Source: Candidatus Cybelea sp.
GTDB lineage: Bacteria > Vulcanimicrobiota > Vulcanimicrobiia > Vulcanimicrobiales > Vulcanimicrobiaceae
Reading direction: 5' to 3'
Assembly: GCA_036267315.1 (NCBI GenBank)
Contig: DATAWH010000055.1
Coordinates: 5,855 to 69,854 of the forward strand
Length of the DNA stretch: 64,000 nt
Below the pieces are notes generated by a model. It was not told the DNA's origin and made no database searches. It saw only the letters and a list, made by a program, of their open reading frames with translations. The number at the start of each line of letters is the position of its first letter. The stretch's first letter is position 1. Below are positions 61,857-64,000 of the stretch, piece by piece. The position numbers and the translations under genes are program-made.

Positions 61857-61910
61857 GTCACCCTGAGCTTGTCGAAGAACCGTGTCACCCTGAGCTTGTC
61901 GAAGGGCGCG
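61857..61910 (+). repeat. Two tandem 27-bp units of the same repeat family
   Basis: Unit 1 (61857-61883) is GTCACCCTGAGCTTGTCGAAGAACCGT. Unit 2 (61884-61910) is GTCACCCTGAGCTTGTCGAAGGGCGCG. They lie between the convergent HNH gene and the next gene. Confidence 0.9.
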
Positions 61911-61937
61911 TGTGGGACAGTGCTAAGTACCGCTACT

Positions 61938-62804
61938 TCAAGGGTTCCCACCGGGGATCGCGCTTGCGATGAAGAGGTACCGGCTGCTCACCGGCCGACA
62001 GTAAGAGACCGCGCCGACGTAGGTTGAATCGCGGGCTGCCCGCAGAGCAGCGCGGTCGAAGGCGGCGCTTCCCGAACCGGCATAGACCCAGGCGTCGATC
62101 AAATGACCGCTCGGGTCGAGCGCCGTCGCGATCGTTGCGGCATAACCGTATACGCTCGGGTCACCCCAACCGTCGTACTGCGGGCGGGCGGGACGGATGA
62201 CCGTGCTGTCGGCGAACTTCAACGCGCAATAACCGATGTCAAATGGTGCTTGCGCCGCGCTTGCCACCGCGGGTGCGAGCGCAGCAGGCGATGGTGCGAC
62301 GTCGGGGTCGGGCGTTTTATCCTGCGCCGACTCGAAAGCGGGAACCTCGCACGGCGCGAGATTCTTGCCGTTCCACTGCAGCGATGGATCGCCCACTGCA
62401 AGCGCTGACTCGATCCATGCATGGCGTACCACGACCGGCACGGGAAAGGTAACGCTAAGCGTGGGCGAGGACGCGATCGTGTACGGCAGGCTCGGCGGCA
62501 GGTGGTAGCCTGGAGGATCGTGGGCGTAGCGTTTTACAGTCGTCAGCGAAATCGCCGAGACGTTCCAGCGGTACCAGCCGTTGTCGGTATCGGCAATGAG
62601 GTTTGCGTCCACGCCGCGCGGTGTCTGGGCGGTCAGGTCGTAGGCATAACGCGTCGACGCGGCTCCAAAGGGCGCCCCGATCGGGGCGGGCACGCTCGCG
62701 ACCGCTGGACAGAACTCAACGGACGCGCGTGCTGCCGCCGAGCAGCAGAGCGCAAAGATCGTCGCAGCTCCAACGCTGAAAACGGCGAGCTTCGGGTGCT
62801 CCAC
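61938..62804 (-). CDS. Hypothetical secreted protein with TonB-C-like C-terminal domain
   Basis: The N-terminus is signal-like (MEHPKLAVFSVGAATIFALCCSAAARA). The last ~80 aa (VIRPARPQYDG...ATIATALDPSGHLIDAWVYAGSGSAAFDRAALRAARDSTY) resemble the TonB C-terminal fold pattern. Confidence 0.5.
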   Translation of the reverse strand: MEHPKLAVFSVGAATIFALCCSAAARASVEFCPAVASVPAPIGAPFGAASTRYAYDLTAQTPRGVDANLIADTDNGWYRWNVSAISLTTVKRYAHDPPGYHLPPSLPYTIASSPTLSVTFPVPVVVRHAWIESALAVGDPSLQWNGKNLAPCEVPAFESAQDKTPDPDVAPSPAALAPAVASAAQAPFDIGYCALKFADSTVIRPARPQYDGWGDPSVYGYAATIATALDPSGHLIDAWVYAGSGSAAFDRAALRAARDSTYVGAVSYCRPVSSRYLFIASAIPGGNP

Positions 62805-62805
62805 C

Positions 62806-63282
62806 CTACTGTCCGTTCATCGCTTTCATCGAAGGATCGGGCACGCCGTCGGGGCAGATCGTTGCCTGCACGGCGGGCGTGACGTAGTACGCGTGCAAGT
62901 CGTAGTGTGGAACGGGCATTCCCGCATGCCCCTGGGGCTCGAACCGAAAGTCGACGTGGTCGATCGAGTAGCCCGGCAGCGCGTGGAGGTTTGCGTACGC
63001 GAAGCCTTTTTGCAGCTGGGCGACGGTGACCATGATCTCGGTGAAGACCGGCTTTCCTTGCCAGACGCCGTAGATTGGGCCCATTGGCGCGTCTTTGAGA
63101 TCGACCCAGTGCTCGCCCATGGTTGCAATGCAGGGAGAGACGAGCACGGCGCCCGCGGGAATTCCGGCGGGGCGGACGGCCGGCTGCGGAGGGAGCGCAG
63201 GCGGTCCCGCATCGGCCCGTGCGGCCTGCGGGAGCGCGAAGCTTGCCAGCGCAAAAGCCAGCAATAGCGGTAAACGAACCAT
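62806..63282 (-). CDS. Hypothetical secreted protein
   Basis: It has a signal peptide (MVRLPLLLAFALASFALPQAARA). The stop lies 1 nt before the start of the downstream gene. I recognise no motif. Confidence 0.55.
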   Translation of the reverse strand: MVRLPLLLAFALASFALPQAARADAGPPALPPQPAVRPAGIPAGAVLVSPCIATMGEHWVDLKDAPMGPIYGVWQGKPVFTEIMVTVAQLQKGFAYANLHALPGYSIDHVDFRFEPQGHAGMPVPHYDLHAYYVTPAVQATICPDGVPDPSMKAMNGQ

Positions 63283-63356
63283 CGTTAGGTCCTCCTTTAC
63301 GTAGGCGAGCTTTGGCGCGGGAAGAGTTCACTCCTAGCAGAACGCGCCGTCTTGTA

Positions 63357-63962
63357 ATGCCGCTGCAAAATCGGGTCACGCCGTACGGCGAAGTTGAAGC
63401 GCTTCCCGGCCGGGGACTCATGATGGGCAATCGCGGAATTCTGCACGACGAGTCGCGGCGCGTCGTTCGCTCGTTCGCGGTGAAACGCTGGATCGCGTGC
63501 GTGCTCGAGTTTCGCGGTCGCAAGCGAACGGTGATGGCGCCGCACCGCTACACCGAACTCTTCTTCCTTGACGAAGCGGCCGGGTTGAGCGCCGGTCACC
63601 GTCCCTGCGCGGAGTGCCGCCGCGCGGACTACAATCGCTTCCGCGATTTTTGGGAGCAGAGCATCGCCACGCCCAACGACGCCGACTCGATGGATCTGCG
63701 GCTGCACGCCGACCGCCTCGACGGTAAGAGAAAAAGAACCTATCGCGCGCCGCTTGCAACGTTGCCCGACGGAGCCTACGTCGTCTGGGAGCGGCGGCCG
63801 CACCTCGTTTGGGGTAACTCGCTCCTGGAATGGTCCGACGAAGGCTACAAAGAGCGCACCAAGCGAGCTCGGCGCGGCGAAGTCGAAGTGCTGACGCCGC
63901 GGGCCATCGTCGAAGTTTTGGCGGCAGGCTACCGTCCCACGATTCATCCAAGCGCGGGGTAG
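63357..63962 (+). CDS. Hypothetical conserved-looking cytoplasmic protein
   Basis: ATG 63357 gives MPLQNRVTPYGEVEALPGRG... with a GHRPCAECRR motif. The composition is coding-like. The maximal ORF (63123..) adds an Arg-rich extension antisense to the neighbouring gene. Confidence 0.5.
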   Translation: MPLQNRVTPYGEVEALPGRGLMMGNRGILHDESRRVVRSFAVKRWIACVLEFRGRKRTVMAPHRYTELFFLDEAAGLSAGHRPCAECRRADYNRFRDFWEQSIATPNDADSMDLRLHADRLDGKRKRTYRAPLATLPDGAYVVWERRPHLVWGNSLLEWSDEGYKERTKRARRGEVEVLTPRAIVEVLAAGYRPTIHPSAG

Positions 63963-64000
63963 CTCTTTGATTTCCCGAGCGTCGCATCTTTGGCTGCCTT

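Overview
This is a GC-rich (by eye roughly mid-60s % G+C) bacterial chromosomal segment, densely coding on both strands. It holds about 65 protein genes, many joined by 1-4 nt start/stop overlaps. The host is diderm: there is a TolC-family gene and many lipobox lipoproteins. As far as I recall, the PadR + duplicated-FtsX orphan-permease pairs are typical of Acidobacteria-like soil lineages. Taxonomy cannot be fixed from this sequence alone.

Most of the content is housekeeping:
- STAS/RsbW partner-switching pair
- soxR with a textbook SoxR box driving an SDR + QueA-like operon
- panE and sufB
- polyamine genes speH and speE
- glycine cleavage genes gcvT, gcvH, gcvPA, gcvPB
- scpA, scpB, nfo
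- CGNR-zinc-finger gene coupled to dinB
- ubiX, ispE, pdxS, pdxT
- an HNH endonuclease

I recognised no rRNA, tRNA, CRISPR array, transposase, integrase or phage genes.

The items most worth a second look are:
1. A short modular interspersed repeat (core GTCACCCTGAGC + YTGTCGAAGGG) is amplified in tandem at four loci. One copy supplies the C-terminus and stop codon of a NUDIX gene. One fills the whole pdxS-pdxT spacer. One is inserted in frame inside a nuclease gene.
2. A 9.6-kb efflux neighbourhood contains three PadR regulators, two ATPase-less duplicated MacB/FtsX-type permeases, and a HlyD + ATPase + TolC operon that lacks a permease.
3. A 1035-aa lipoprotein fuses a GH35 beta-galactosidase-like N-terminal part to a complete multicopper oxidase.
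4. A translationally coupled operon encodes an Fe-S PD-(D/E)XK nuclease, a UvrD-like helicase and an Eis-like GNAT.
5. A regulator carries an N-terminal P-loop ATPase and a C-terminal SARP module (winged helix + BTAD), which is the reverse of the usual order.

All family calls were made by eye from motifs; no searches were run.
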